Shown: positions 1 to 13,964 of the stretch, one piece after another
Numbering within the stretch: position 1 is the first letter of the stretch
How the letters are laid out: each line of letters begins with the position of its first letter
Assembly: GCA_977017575.1 (NCBI GenBank)
Contig: CDRNVI010000224.1
Coordinates: 1-22,380, forward strand
Reading direction: 5' to 3'
Length of the DNA: 22,380 nt
Source: Paramoeba atlantica
Lineage: Eukaryota; Protista; Discosea
Program-made: the position numbers and the translations under genes
Notes under the pieces: model-generated
Seen by the model: the letters and a program-made list of their open reading frames with translations, nothing else
What the model was told of the DNA's origin: nothing
Databases searched by the model: none

Positions 1-3000
1 AATCAAAAACAAAGGGAAATATGTTTTTTTTTTTGTAAATAAATCAAATAAATTGTAAAATTGAGTAAAATATTCAATTTTATTTGTAACTTGTTTGGAA
101 ATGAACTTTTAAACATCAAAAACTGAATAACAATTTTCTAAAAATGAAAATAATACAAATAGACATTGAAAAAAGTGGTTGGGAAATGATCATCAAAAAT
201 AAAGGGAAATATGTTTTTTTTTTTGTAAATAAGTCAAATAGATTGTAAAATTGTGTAAAAAGTACAATTTTATTTGTAACTTGTCTGGAAATGAACTTTT
301 AAACATCAAAAACTAAATAACAATTTTCTAAAAAATGAAAATAATACAAATATTGAATTATACATTGAAAAAAGTGATTGGGAAATAATCAAAAACAAAG
401 GGAATTAGTTTTTTTTATAAATAAATCAAATAAATTGTAAAATTGAGTAAAATATTCAATTTTATTTGTAACTTGTTTGGAAATGAACTTTTAAACATCA
501 AAAACTGAATAACAATTTTCTAAAAATGAAAATAATACAAATAGACATTGAAAAAAGTGGTTGGGAAATGATCAAAAATAAAGGGAAATATGTTTTTTTT
601 TTTGTAAATAAGTCAAATAGATTGTAAAATTGTGTAAAAAGTACAATTTTATTTGTAACTTGTCTGGAAATGAACTTTTAAACATCAAAAACTAAATAAC
701 AATTGAGAAAAAATGAAAATAATACAAATATTGAATTATACATTGAAAAAAGTGATTGGGAAATAATCAAAAACAAAGGGAAATATGTTTTTTTTTTTGT
801 AAATAAATCAAATAAATTGTAAAATTGAGTAAAATATTCAATTTTATTTGTAACTTGTTTGGAAATGAACTTTTAAACATCAAAAACTGAATAACAATTT
901 TCTAAAAATGAAAATAATACAAATAGACATTGAAAAAAGTGGTTGGGAAATGATCAAAAATAAAGGGAAATATGTTTTTTTTTTTGTAAATAAGTCAAAT
1001 AGATTGTAAAATTGTGTAAAAAGTACAATTTTATTTGTAACTTGTCTGGAAATGAACTTTTAAACATCAAAAACTAAATAACAATTGAGAAAAAATGAAA
1101 ATAATACAAATATTGAATTATACATTGAAAAAAGTGATTGGGAAATAATCAAAAACAAAGGGAAATATGTTTTTTTTTTTGTAAATAAATCAAATAAATT
1201 GTAAAATTGAGTAAAATATTCAATTTTATTTGTAACTTGTTTGGAAATGAACTTTTAAACATCAAAAACTGAATAACAATTTTCTAAAAATGAAAATAAT
1301 ACAAATAGACATTGAAAAAAGTGGTTGGGAAATGATCAAAAATAAAGGGAAATATGTTTTTTTTTTTGTAAATAAGTCAAATAGATTGTAAAATTGTGTA
1401 AAAAGTACAATTTTATTTGTAACTTGTCTGGAAATGAACTTTTAAACATCAAAAACTAAATAACAATTGAGAAAAAATGAAAATAATACAAATATTGAAT
1501 TATACATTGAAAAAAGTGATTGGGAAATAATCAAAAACAAAGGGAAATATGTTTTTTTTTTTGTAAATAAATCAAATAAATTGTAAAATTGAGTAAAATA
1601 TTCAATTTTATTTGTAACTTGTTTGGAAATGAACTTTTAAACATCAAAAACTGAATAACAATTTTCTAAAAATGAAAATAATACAAATAGACATTGAAAA
1701 AAGTGGTTGGGAAATGATCAAAAATAAAGGGAAATATGTTTTTTTTTTTGTAAATAAGTCAAATAGATTGTAAAATTGTGTAAAAAGTACAATTTTATTT
1801 GTAACTTGTCTGGAAATGAACTTTTAAACATCAAAAACTAAATAACAATTGAGAAAAAATGAAAATAATACAAATATTGAATTATACATTGAAAAAAGTG
1901 ATTGGGAAATAATCAAAAACAAAGGGAAATATGTTTTTTTTTTTGTAAATAAATCAAATAAATTGTAAAATTGAGTAAAATATTCAATTTTATTTGTAAC
2001 TTGTTTGGAAATGAACTTTTAAACATCAAAAACTGAATAACAATTTTCTAAAAATGAAAATAATACAAATAGACATTGAAAAAAGTGGTTGGGAAATGAT
2101 CAAAAATAAAGGGAAATATGTTTTTTTTTTTGTAAATAAGTCAAATAGATTGTAAAATTGTGTAAAAAGTACAATTTTATTTGTAACTTGTCTGGAAATG
2201 AACTTTTAAACATCAAAAACTAAATAACAATTGAGAAAAAATGAAAATAATACAAATATTGAATTATACATTGAAAAAAGTGATTGGGAAATAATCAAAA
2301 ACAAAGGGAAATATGTTTTTTTTTTTGTAAATAAATCAAATAAATTGTAAAATTGAGTAAAATATTCAATTTTATTTGTAACTTGTTTGGAAATGAACTT
2401 TTAAACATCAAAAACTGAATAACAATTTTCTAAAAATGAAAATAATACAAATAGACATTGAAAAAAGTGGTTGGGAAATGATCAAAAATAAAGGGAAATA
2501 TGTTTTTTTTTTTGTAAATAAGTCAAATAGATTGTAAAATTGTGTAAAAAGTACAATTTTATTTGTAACTTGTCTGGAAATGAACTTTTAAACATCAAAA
2601 ACTAAATAACAATTGAGAAAAAATGAAAATAATACAAATATTGAATTATACATTGAAAAAAGTGATTGGGAAATAATCAAAAACAAAGGGAAATATGTTT
2701 TTTTTTTTGTAAATAAATCAAATAAATTGTAAAATTGAGTAAAATATTCAATTTTATTTGTAACTTGTTTGGAAATGAACTTTTAAACATCAAAAACTGA
2801 ATAACAATTTTCTAAAAATGAAAATAATACAAATAGACATTGAAAAAAGTGGTTGGGAAATGATCAAAAATAAAGGGAAATATGTTTTTTTTTTTGTAAA
2901 TAAGTCAAATAGATTGTAAAATTGTGTAAAAAGTACAATTTTATTTGTAACTTGTCTGGAAATGAACTTTTAAACATCAAAAACTAAATAACAATTGAGA

Positions 3001-6000
3001 AAAAATGAAAATAATACAAATATTGAATTATACATTGAAAAAAGTGATTGGGAAATAATCAAAAACAAAGGGAAATATGTTTTTTTTTTTGTAAATAAAT
3101 CAAATAAATTGTAAAATTGAGTAAAATATTCAATTTTATTTGTAACTTGTTTGGAAATGAACTTTTAAACATCAAAAACTGAATAACAATTTTCTAAAAA
3201 TGAAAATAATACAAATAGACATTGAAAAAAGTGGTTGGGAAATGATCAAAAATAAAGGGAAATATGTTTTTTTTTTTGTAAATAAGTCAAATAGATTGTA
3301 AAATTGTGTAAAAAGTACAATTTTATTTGTAACTTGTCTGGAAATGAACTTTTAAACATCAAAAACTAAATAACAATTGAGAAAAAATGAAAATAATACA
3401 AATATTGAATTATACATTGAAAAAAGTGATTGGGAAATAATCAAAAACAAAGGGAAATATGTTTTTTTTTTTGTAAATAAATCAAATAAATTGTAAAATT
3501 GAGTAAAATATTCAATTTTATTTGTAACTTGTTTGGAAATGAACTTTTAAACATCAAAAACTGAATAACAATTTTCTAAAAATGAAAATAATACAAATAG
3601 ACATTGAAAAAAGTGGTTGGGAAATGATCAAAAATAAAGGGAAATATGTTTTTTTTTTTGTAAATAAGTCAAATAGATTGTAAAATTGTGTAAAAAGTAC
3701 AATTTTATTTGTAACTTGTCTGGAAATGAACTTTTAAACATCAAAAACTAAATAACAATTGAGAAAAAATGAAAATAATACAAATATTGAATTATACATT
3801 GAAAAAAGTGATTGGGAAATAATCAAAAACAAAGGGAAATATGTTTTTTTTTTTGTAAATAAATCAAATAAATTGTAAAATTGAGTAAAATATTCAATTT
3901 TATTTGTAACTTGTTTGGAAATGAACTTTTAAACATCAAAAACTGAATAACAATTTTCTAAAAATGAAAATAATACAAATAGACATTGAAAAAAGTGGTT
4001 GGGAAATGATCAAAAATAAAGGGAAATATGTTTTTTTTTTTGTAAATAAGTCAAATAGATTGTAAAATTGTGTAAAAAGTACAATTTTATTTGTAACTTG
4101 TCTGGAAATGAACTTTTAAACATCAAAAACTAAATAACAATTGAGAAAAAATGAAAATAATACAAATATTGAATTATACATTGAAAAAAGTGATTGGGAA
4201 ATAATCAAAAACAAAGGGAAATATGTTTTTTTTTTTGTAAATAAATCAAATAAATTGTAAAATTGAGTAAAATATTCAATTTTATTTGTAACTTGTTTGG
4301 AAATGAACTTTTAAACATCAAAAACTGAATAACAATTTTCTAAAAATGAAAATAATACAAATAGACATTGAAAAAAGTGGTTGGGAAATGATCAAAAATA
4401 AAGGGAAATATGTTTTTTTTTTTGTAAATAAGTCAAATAGATTGTAAAATTGTGTAAAAAGTACAATTTTATTTGTAACTTGTCTGGAAATGAACTTTTA
4501 AACATCAAAAACTAAATAACAATTGAGAAAAAATGAAAATAATACAAATATTGAATTATACATTGAAAAAAGTGATTGGGAAATAATCAAAAACAAAGGG
4601 AAATATGTTTTTTTTTTTGTAAATAAATCAAATAAATTGTAAAATTGAGTAAAATATTCAATTTTATTTGTAACTTGTTTGGAAATGAACTTTTAAACAT
4701 CAAAAACTGAATAACAATTTTCTAAAAATGAAAATAATACAAATAGACATTGAAAAAAGTGGTTGGGAAATGATCAAAAATAAAGGGAAATATGTTTTTT
4801 TTTTTGTAAATAAGTCAAATAGATTGTAAAATTGTGTAAAAAGTACAATTTTATTTGTAACTTGTCTGGAAATGAACTTTTAAACATCAAAAACTAAATA
4901 ACAATTGAGAAAAAATGAAAATAATACAAATATTGAATTATACATTGAAAAAAGTGATTGGGAAATAATCAAAAACAAAGGGAAATATGTTTTTTTTTTT
5001 GTAAATAAATCAAATAAATTGTAAAATTGAGTAAAATATTCAATTTTATTTGTAACTTGTTTGGAAATGAACTTTTAAACATCAAAAACTGAATAACAAT
5101 TTTCTAAAAATGAAAATAATACAAATAGACATTGAAAAAAGTGGTTGGGAAATGATCAAAAATAAAGGGAAATATGTTTTTTTTTTTGTAAATAAGTCAA
5201 ATAGATTGTAAAATTGTGTAAAAAGTACAATTTTATTTGTAACTTGTCTGGAAATGAACTTTTAAACATCAAAAACTAAATAACAATTGAGAAAAAATGA
5301 AAATAATACAAATATTGAATTATACATTGAAAAAAGTGATTGGGAAATAATCAAAAACAAAGGGAAATATGTTTTTTTTTTTGTAAATAAATCAAATAAA
5401 TTGTAAAATTGAGTAAAATATTCAATTTTATTTGTAACTTGTTTGGAAATGAACTTTTAAACATCAAAAACTGAATAACAATTTTCTAAAAATGAAAATA
5501 ATACAAATAGACATTGAAAAAAGTGGTTGGGAAATGATCAAAAATAAAGGGAAATATGTTTTTTTTTTTGTAAATAAGTCAAATAGATTGTAAAATTGTG
5601 TAAAAAGTACAATTTTATTTGTAACTTGTCTGGAAATGAACTTTTAAACATCAAAAACTAAATAACAATTGAGAAAAAATGAAAATAATACAAATATTGA
5701 ATTATACATTGAAAAAAGTGATTGGGAAATAATCAAAAACAAAGGGAAATATGTTTTTTTTTTTGTAAATAAATCAAATAAATTGTAAAATTGAGTAAAA
5801 TATTCAATTTTATTTGTAACTTGTTTGGAAATGAACTTTTAAACATCAAAAACTGAATAACAATTTTCTAAAAATGAAAATAATACAAATAGACATTGAA
5901 AAAAGTGGTTGGGAAATGATCAAAAATAAAGGGAAATATGTTTTTTTTTTTGTAAATAAGTCAAATAGATTGTAAAATTGTGTAAAAAGTACAATTTTAT

Positions 6001-9000
6001 TTGTAACTTGTCTGGAAATGAACTTTTAAACATCAAAAACTAAATAACAATTGAGAAAAAATGAAAATAATACAAATATTGAATTATACATTGAAAAAAG
6101 TGATTGGGAAATAATCAAAAACAAAGGGAAATATGTTTTTTTTTTTGTAAATAAATCAAATAAATTGTAAAATTGAGTAAAATATTCAATTTTATTTGTA
6201 ACTTGTTTGGAAATGAACTTTTAAACATCAAAAACTGAATAACAATTTTCTAAAAATGAAAATAATACAAATAGACATTGAAAAAAGTGGTTGGGAAATG
6301 ATCAAAAATAAAGGGAAATATGTTTTTTTTTTTGTAAATAAGTCAAATAGATTGTAAAATTGTGTAAAAAGTACAATTTTATTTGTAACTTGTCTGGAAA
6401 TGAACTTTTAAACATCAAAAACTAAATAACAATTGAGAAAAAATGAAAATAATACAAATATTGAATTATACATTGAAAAAAGTGATTGGGAAATAATCAA
6501 AAACAAAGGGAAATATGTTTTTTTTTTTGTAAATAAATCAAATAAATTGTAAAATTGAGTAAAATATTCAATTTTATTTGTAACTTGTTTGGAAATGAAC
6601 TTTTAAACATCAAAAACTGAATAACAATTTTCTAAAAATGAAAATAATACAAATAGACATTGAAAAAAGTGGTTGGGAAATGATCAAAAATAAAGGGAAA
6701 TATGTTTTTTTTTTTGTAAATAAGTCAAATAGATTGTAAAATTGTGTAAAAAGTACAATTTTATTTGTAACTTGTCTGGAAATGAACTTTTAAACATCAA
6801 AAACTAAATAACAATTGAGAAAAAATGAAAATAATACAAATATTGAATTATACATTGAAAAAAGTGATTGGGAAATAATCAAAAACAAAGGGAAATATGT
6901 TTTTTTTTTTGTAAATAAATCAAATAAATTGTAAAATTGAGTAAAATATTCAATTTTATTTGTAACTTGTTTGGAAATGAACTTTTAAACATCAAAAACT
7001 GAATAACAATTTTCTAAAAATGAAAATAATACAAATAGACATTGAAAAAAGTGGTTGGGAAATGATCAAAAATAAAGGGAAATATGTTTTTTTTTTTGTA
7101 AATAAGTCAAATAGATTGTAAAATTGTGTAAAAAGTACAATTTTATTTGTAACTTGTCTGGAAATGAACTTTTAAACATCAAAAACTAAATAACAATTGA
7201 GAAAAAATGAAAATAATACAAATATTGAATTATACATTGAAAAAAGTGATTGGGAAATAATCAAAAACAAAGGGAAATATGTTTTTTTTTTTGTAAATAA
7301 ATCAAATAAATTGTAAAATTGAGTAAAATATTCAATTTTATTTGTAACTTGTTTGGAAATGAACTTTTAAACATCAAAAACTGAATAACAATTTTCTAAA
7401 AATGAAAATAATACAAATAGACATTGAAAAAAGTGGTTGGGAAATGATCAAAAATAAAGGGAAATATGTTTTTTTTTTTGTAAATAAGTCAAATAGATTG
7501 TAAAATTGTGTAAAAAGTACAATTTTATTTGTAACTTGTCTGGAAATGAACTTTTAAACATCAAAAACTAAATAACAATTGAGAAAAAATGAAAATAATA
7601 CAAATATTGAATTATACATTGAAAAAAGTGATTGGGAAATAATCAAAAACAAAGGGAAATATGTTTTTTTTTTTGTAAATAAATCAAATAAATTGTAAAA
7701 TTGAGTAAAATATTCAATTTTATTTGTAACTTGTTTGGAAATGAACTTTTAAACATCAAAAACTGAATAACAATTTTCTAAAAATGAAAATAATACAAAT
7801 AGACATTGAAAAAAGTGGTTGGGAAATGATCAAAAATAAAGGGAAATATGTTTTTTTTTTTGTAAATAAGTCAAATAGATTGTAAAATTGTGTAAAAAGT
7901 ACAATTTTATTTGTAACTTGTCTGGAAATGAACTTTTAAACATCAAAAACTAAATAACAATTGAGAAAAAATGAAAATAATACAAATATTGAATTATACA
8001 TTGAAAAAAGTGATTGGGAAATAATCAAAAACAAAGGGAAATATGTTTTTTTTTTTGTAAATAAATCAAATAAATTGTAAAATTGAGTAAAATATTCAAT
8101 TTTATTTGTAACTTGTTTGGAAATGAACTTTTAAACATCAAAAACTGAATAACAATTTTCTAAAAATGAAAATAATACAAATAGACATTGAAAAAAGTGG
8201 TTGGGAAATGATCAAAAATAAAGGGAAATATGTTTTTTTTTTTGTAAATAAGTCAAATAGATTGTAAAATTGTGTAAAAAGTACAATTTTATTTGTAACT
8301 TGTCTGGAAATGAACTTTTAAACATCAAAAACTAAATAACAATTGAGAAAAAATGAAAATAATACAAATATTGAATTATACATTGAAAAAAGTGATTGGG
8401 AAATAATCAAAAACAAAGGGAAATATGTTTTTTTTTTTGTAAATAAATCAAATAAATTGTAAAATTGAGTAAAATATTCAATTTTATTTGTAACTTGTTT
8501 GGAAATGAACTTTTAAACATCAAAAACTGAATAACAATTTTCTAAAAATGAAAATAATACAAATAGACATTGAAAAAAGTGGTTGGGAAATGATCAAAAA
8601 TAAAGGGAAATATGTTTTTTTTTTTGTAAATAAGTCAAATAGATTGTAAAATTGTGTAAAAAGTACAATTTTATTTGTAACTTGTCTGGAAATGAACTTT
8701 TAAACATCAAAAACTAAATAACAATTGAGAAAAAATGAAAATAATACAAATATTGAATTATACATTGAAAAAAGTGATTGGGAAATAATCAAAAACAAAG
8801 GGAAATATGTTTTTTTTTTTGTAAATAAATCAAATAAATTGTAAAATTGAGTAAAATATTCAATTTTATTTGTAACTTGTTTGGAAATGAACTTTTAAAC
8901 ATCAAAAACTGAATAACAATTTTCTAAAAATGAAAATAATACAAATAGACATTGAAAAAAGTGGTTGGGAAATGATCAAAAATAAAGGGAAATATGTTTT

Positions 9001-10314
9001 TTTTTTTGTAAATAAGTCAAATAGATTGTAAAATTGTGTAAAAAGTACAATTTTATTTGTAACTTGTCTGGAAATGAACTTTTAAACATCAAAAACTAAA
9101 TAACAATTGAGAAAAAATGAAAATAATACAAATATTGAATTATACATTGAAAAAAGTGATTGGGAAATAATCAAAAACAAAGGGAAATATGTTTTTTTTT
9201 TTGTAAATAAATCAAATAAATTGTAAAATTGAGTAAAATATTCAATTTTATTTGTAACTTGTTTGGAAATGAACTTTTAAACATCAAAAACTGAATAACA
9301 ATTTTCTAAAAATGAAAATAATACAAATAGACATTGAAAAAAGTGGTTGGGAAATGATCAAAAATAAAGGGAAATATGTTTTTTTTTTTGTAAATAAGTC
9401 AAATAGATTGTAAAATTGTGTAAAAAGTACAATTTTATTTGTAACTTGTCTGGAAATGAACTTTTAAACATCAAAAACTAAATAACAATTGAGAAAAAAT
9501 GAAAATAATACAAATATTGAATTATACATTGAAAAAAGTGATTGGGAAATAATCAAAAACAAAGGGAAATATGTTTTTTTTTTTGTAAATAAATCAAATA
9601 AATTGTAAAATTGAGTAAAATATTCAATTTTATTTGTAACTTGTTTGGAAATGAACTTTTAAACATCAAAAACTGAATAACAATTTTCTAAAAATGAAAA
9701 TAATACAAATAGACATTGAAAAAAGTGGTTGGGAAATGATCAAAAATAAAGGGAAATATGTTTTTTTTTTTGTAAATAAGTCAAATAGATTGTAAAATTG
9801 TGTAAAAAGTACAATTTTATTTGTAACTTGTCTGGAAATGAACTTTTAAACATCAAAAACTAAATAACAATTGAGAAAAAATGAAAATAATACAAATATT
9901 GAATTATACATTGAAAAAAGTGATTGGGAAATAATCAAAAACAAAGGGAAATATGTTTTTTTTTTTGTAAATAAATCAAATAAATTGTAAAATTGAGTAA
10001 AATATTCAATTTTATTTGTAACTTGTTTGGAAATGAACTTTTAAACATCAAAAACTGAATAACAATTTTCTAAAAATGAAAATAATACAAATAGACATTG
10101 AAAAAAGTGGTTGGGAAATGATCAAAAATAAAGGGAAATATGTTTTTTTTTTTGTAAATAAGTCAAATAGATTGTAAAATTGTGTAAAAAGTACAATTTT
10201 ATTTGTAACTTGTCTGGAAATGAACTTTTAAACATCAAAAACTAAATAACAATTGAGAAAAAATGAAAATAATACAAATATTGAATTATACATTGAAAAA
10301 AGTGATTGAGAAAT
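1..10314. repeat. Satellite array: 27 copies of a ~382-bp higher-order dimer (monomer A 187 bp, e.g. 765-951; monomer B 195 bp, e.g. 952-1146); continues off the left edge
   Basis: AATCAAAAACAAAGGG starts at 1, 387, 765, 1147 and stays in exact 382 phase at 4585, 8405 and 10315. A and B differ by ~16 substitutions plus an 8-bp indel (AAATAGACATTG vs AAATATTGAATTATACATTG). Confidence 0.98.
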
Positions 10315-10360
10315 AATCAAAAAATCAAAAAATCAAAAATCAAAAAAAAAAAAAAAAAAA
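10315..10360 (+). repeat. Slippage microsatellite (TC followed by A6, A6, A5, A19) ending the satellite
   Basis: AATCAAAAAATCAAAAAATCAAAAATC(A)19 reiterates the first bases of monomer A. Confidence 0.85.
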
Positions 10361-10426
10361 GAAACAATCTTAAAAATCAATTTCTTTAAATTTAAATTTT
10401 TTACTTAAAAAAAAAATAATAAAATA

Positions 10427-11019
10427 AATTAGAAATAAGAATTCAAATTCACAGGCAAGGAATTTGAGATAATAAAGTGAAAAATCCAAAAAGGTTAACA
10501 ACAAAGTACATTCAGATTTAAGAAGTATAAATTCAATTCAAAATTACTTTGAAAATATCAGGAATTTTTAAAAACATCATTGAGATAGAGGGAAAAATCT
10601 AATCAAGCTTTGAGGAAACAAAACAAAAGAAAAAATCATTAAACATAAAAATAAATCCAGTTAGACAAATTCACAATTACAAATTCACAATCAAAAGTAA
10701 CAGTTGAGAAATAAAAAAATCTGAAAATATAAATTTATAAATTCAAAATGAAATAGAAATGAGTATTAAAACTACACAACCATCATTCAATCAATACAAA
10801 TGATCACAAACATTCATTAAATCAAGAAAAAAAGCTTGATTAGGACTCAACTCAAAATCAATAATAAAATAATCATCAAAATGCAGTTTGTAAGCATGAG
10901 GTGAACATCAACAAAGACCAATTGAAATAACAGAAGGAATTATGAAAATTTTCAAATAGAACCAACAATTATAATATCCAACACAAAAAAGAGATTGAAG
11001 AACATGAAGAGGCATTGAG
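10427..11019 (+). repeat. ~590-bp direct repeat, copy 1 (pairs with 13959-14549)
   Basis: Colinear match at offset ~3530; 10441-10560 vs 13973-14092 has 16 differences in 120 bp. Confidence 0.95.
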
Positions 11020-13641
11020 TGTGAAGTGGCCAGGAGTTTGGAGAAGGAAAAAGTGGGTGGGTGAAGGAAAGAAAGAAAGGGAAGAAAGGGAAAAAAAAGA
11101 AAGAGAAAAGTCAAGAGCAAATTATGGGAAAGATTGGCAATGCATTGCAAAGGAAACCAATTAAGTAAGTTTATTCCTTTTACCAACAAACAAAAAAAGT
11201 ATTCATATGAAACAACAAATATAATAAATGTAGAATTGACAAGAAGCAAAACAGAATGAAAGATAAAAACATACAAGAAAAAGAATGTGGCAGAGAAATT
11301 AAATCATAGATAAATGTTACAGAACATAGGATTAATTGATGTAAAGATAATATGAAATAGATAAATAAAATGGTGTGAAAATATTAAGGGAACAACTTGA
11401 ATTTAGAGTGAGAACTGGATGGGAAGAGCTCAGATGAGAGAGATAGAAATACATGCAGAATCAAAACAGTTTATATAATCTTACAAATGTTTATTAGGGA
11501 TATTCACACAACAGGGAAGCACAGTAGTGTACAAAGAGAAACAAATTAATTTGCATAACATAGAATTAGTTCACACCAGGATTCTGATACACTCTTCCAA
11601 ATGAATATGTTTTACATAAATCAGAAGAAAGAATTTCACAACACATTAGAAATCAAGAACAATTAAAGCAAAGCAGCAAAACAAATAGGATTTATATTTA
11701 ACATAGCAAATCAAGATGAGACAAACAGACTCCATCATTAAACCAAATATTAAGCCATTGAGGAAATCAGAATAAATCACAAAATCACAGAAACAAATAT
11801 CAGTTGAATAGAATGGAAAAACATAAGGGATTGGTGCAGAAGCAATCAATAATCCAAAACATATTACTTTGAAGCAAAAGAGGGATTAACATGAGAGCAC
11901 AAAAGATAATCAGAGAACTTAAGGCATAGACATGAAGAACAAGACAAGAGAATTCAATTCAAAAATTCAAAAATAATACAACCCAGGGAAGGAGAAGTCA
12001 ATCCAACAAAAACAGCAGGAAATAGGAAGAAAGGAATTTGTGTTCACTATTGGAAACACAGGTGGTGCATTGAATCCTCAGAAATGCTATGTTCATTCAT
12101 CATTGAGTGAGGATTGGAAGGGAGAAAGGATAAGTGTTCAACAGGAATTACTATTGCATAGTTCCTCTGGGTATGCTACATTTACTCATCATTGAGAGAG
12201 GAAGGTGTTGAAGATGTTGAAAAGAAGAATTTTTCAAAGAAAAGCAAAACAAGTCATCATAAGATGAACCAGTGAGATTGAGAGTAGAAAATCAAAATGT
12301 TTTCAACAAAAACAAAGAAATCAAAAGTTCAGCAGAAATTATCAAGGTGTTACAAGCTTCAGAAATGATTGGAAATGGGCAAGAAAGACATTGGACAGAG
12401 AGCAACAGGAATGAAGCATAACAACAACAAAAAAGACAAAAAAGATCATTCAGAATAGTGTTGAAAACATGGTTCAGAGGCAAAGCATTTCAGGTACACA
12501 TTTTCAAAATTTAGGGAATGAATTTTCAAAGATAAATCACACATCATATATGTAAAAACAAATATATTGTTACACAAAAGATAAATGTTGATCAAACCAA
12601 CAAATGTTACAATTGCATTGAGATTTGAGAAGAGAGGTGAGAAAAACACAAGCTGAAAGAAGAACATCAAAGAAAAAATGTTATGAGGCCAGTGAAAATC
12701 CATTGCAAAGGTGAGAAAAACAAAGACTCAGAGAGTTAGAGAAAATAAAACTCAGAACTCCCTTGAAAGAACAAAAATGAGGCAATGGAGTTACAAAAGA
12801 ACAAAAAGGGGACATGAGAACTCCCTTCAAAGGTAACAGGTGTCTCAAAAGCAAAGTAATGTTGGAGGGCATTGTTTAAGGGATTGCAAAGACAAAAGCA
12901 ATTATTAAATTGCAGGCAAAACAGAAAGAAATGAGATAACAATCTTTAAAAATGATGATAACATTGAAACAGAGGAAGAAGAAACAATATTCACAATCAA
13001 CCATAAAACAAGAGAGAATTGAAAAGTGAAAACCAGATCAAAAGATTAAATTGCACAACAATAATTTGATAAGAATAAACTATGGGGAATAACAAAGGAA
13101 ATCAAATAATACCAAAATATTTTAGGTGAAGCCAAGAAATTAGTTACAAGTCACACAAACACTCCCTTTCAATTTGATATTTTGATTTCATCACAATAAA
13201 GGCATTTCAAAACAAGAGAAAGTATTAACCATCAAATCACAAAACTGAATCAATAGAGGAAATCCAAAATCAACTTATCAAAAACCAAGAAAAAACTTAA
13301 TTCCAATAAATCAACCAATAATTAGAATAGGATGTAAATGGTACAAGATGCTCAATAGAACTTGCTGAAAATAAAGCCATTACAAATTAAATTCAAGAAT
13401 CAGCATCATTACCAAAGAATAAACAAAAACATGAGACTATGATAGAAGGAAAAGCAAATTGAGGTTTTTCAAAAAAAAAAGAAATTTAGAATAAAGAGTA
13501 TTGAGGACAAAAAAGAAGCATCAGCAATTGAATCAACTTCAAAACAAACAAATCAAATTAGAAAGGTTATAACTTGAGGGAAAGTGCAGTAACCAAAATC
13601 AAAACAGCTTTGGGGGTGGTACATCTGAAATGACACAAACA

Positions 13642-13964
13642 CAATTTTTTAATGAAATATCCTTTTAACACCAAAATGGATTTCAAAATTCAAGTAGGAA
13701 TATCTGAGAGAGGAATCCAAGTGAAAATAAAGTCTAGAATCAAAATCACAAAAGGTAAAAGGAAGGTATAAATTCAACAATTTCAAAGCAAAAAAGGAAA
13801 TTAGAAGAATTTCCATTATCAACCAAAAACAAAAGAATAAGAAGAATCATCCTGAGGCATCAATCCAAGAATGATAAATTCAAAATAATATTGTTACAAG
13901 AAAAACAAGAAGATGGAATCAATTATTTCTTCAATAAAATCAACACAGGGATGAATTCAATTAG
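13642..13964 (+). repeat. ~320-bp segment repeated in inverted orientation at 22056-22380
   Basis: For example ATCATCCTGAGGCATCAAT and CTTCAATAAAATCAACACAGGGAT appear as reverse complements near 22070-22180. Confidence 0.93.

Larger units (their letters stand above)
10427..13964 (+). mobile_element. Highly decayed A-rich repeat unit (~3.5 kb), possibly a LINE ORF2 remnant of a different family
   Basis: Both ends recur elsewhere in the window. Weak motifs in LINE-like order and spacing: RT-like RPIEITEGIMKIF (10915-10953) and a frameshifted CCHC-like RCLKSKVMLE/HCLRDC (12838-12887), then AATAAA at 13933. No YADD-type motif found. Confidence 0.4.

Noticed and set aside
1-10314. CRISPR array or telomeric repeat
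   Set aside because: There are no unique spacers, units are 187-195 bp, and the GGGAAAT motifs are isolated rather than short tandem telomere units.
13880-13910. KFKIILLQE as an APE endonuclease motif
   Set aside because: No supporting N-terminal WN, NVY, GDxN or DH motifs at the expected spacing; it may be chance.
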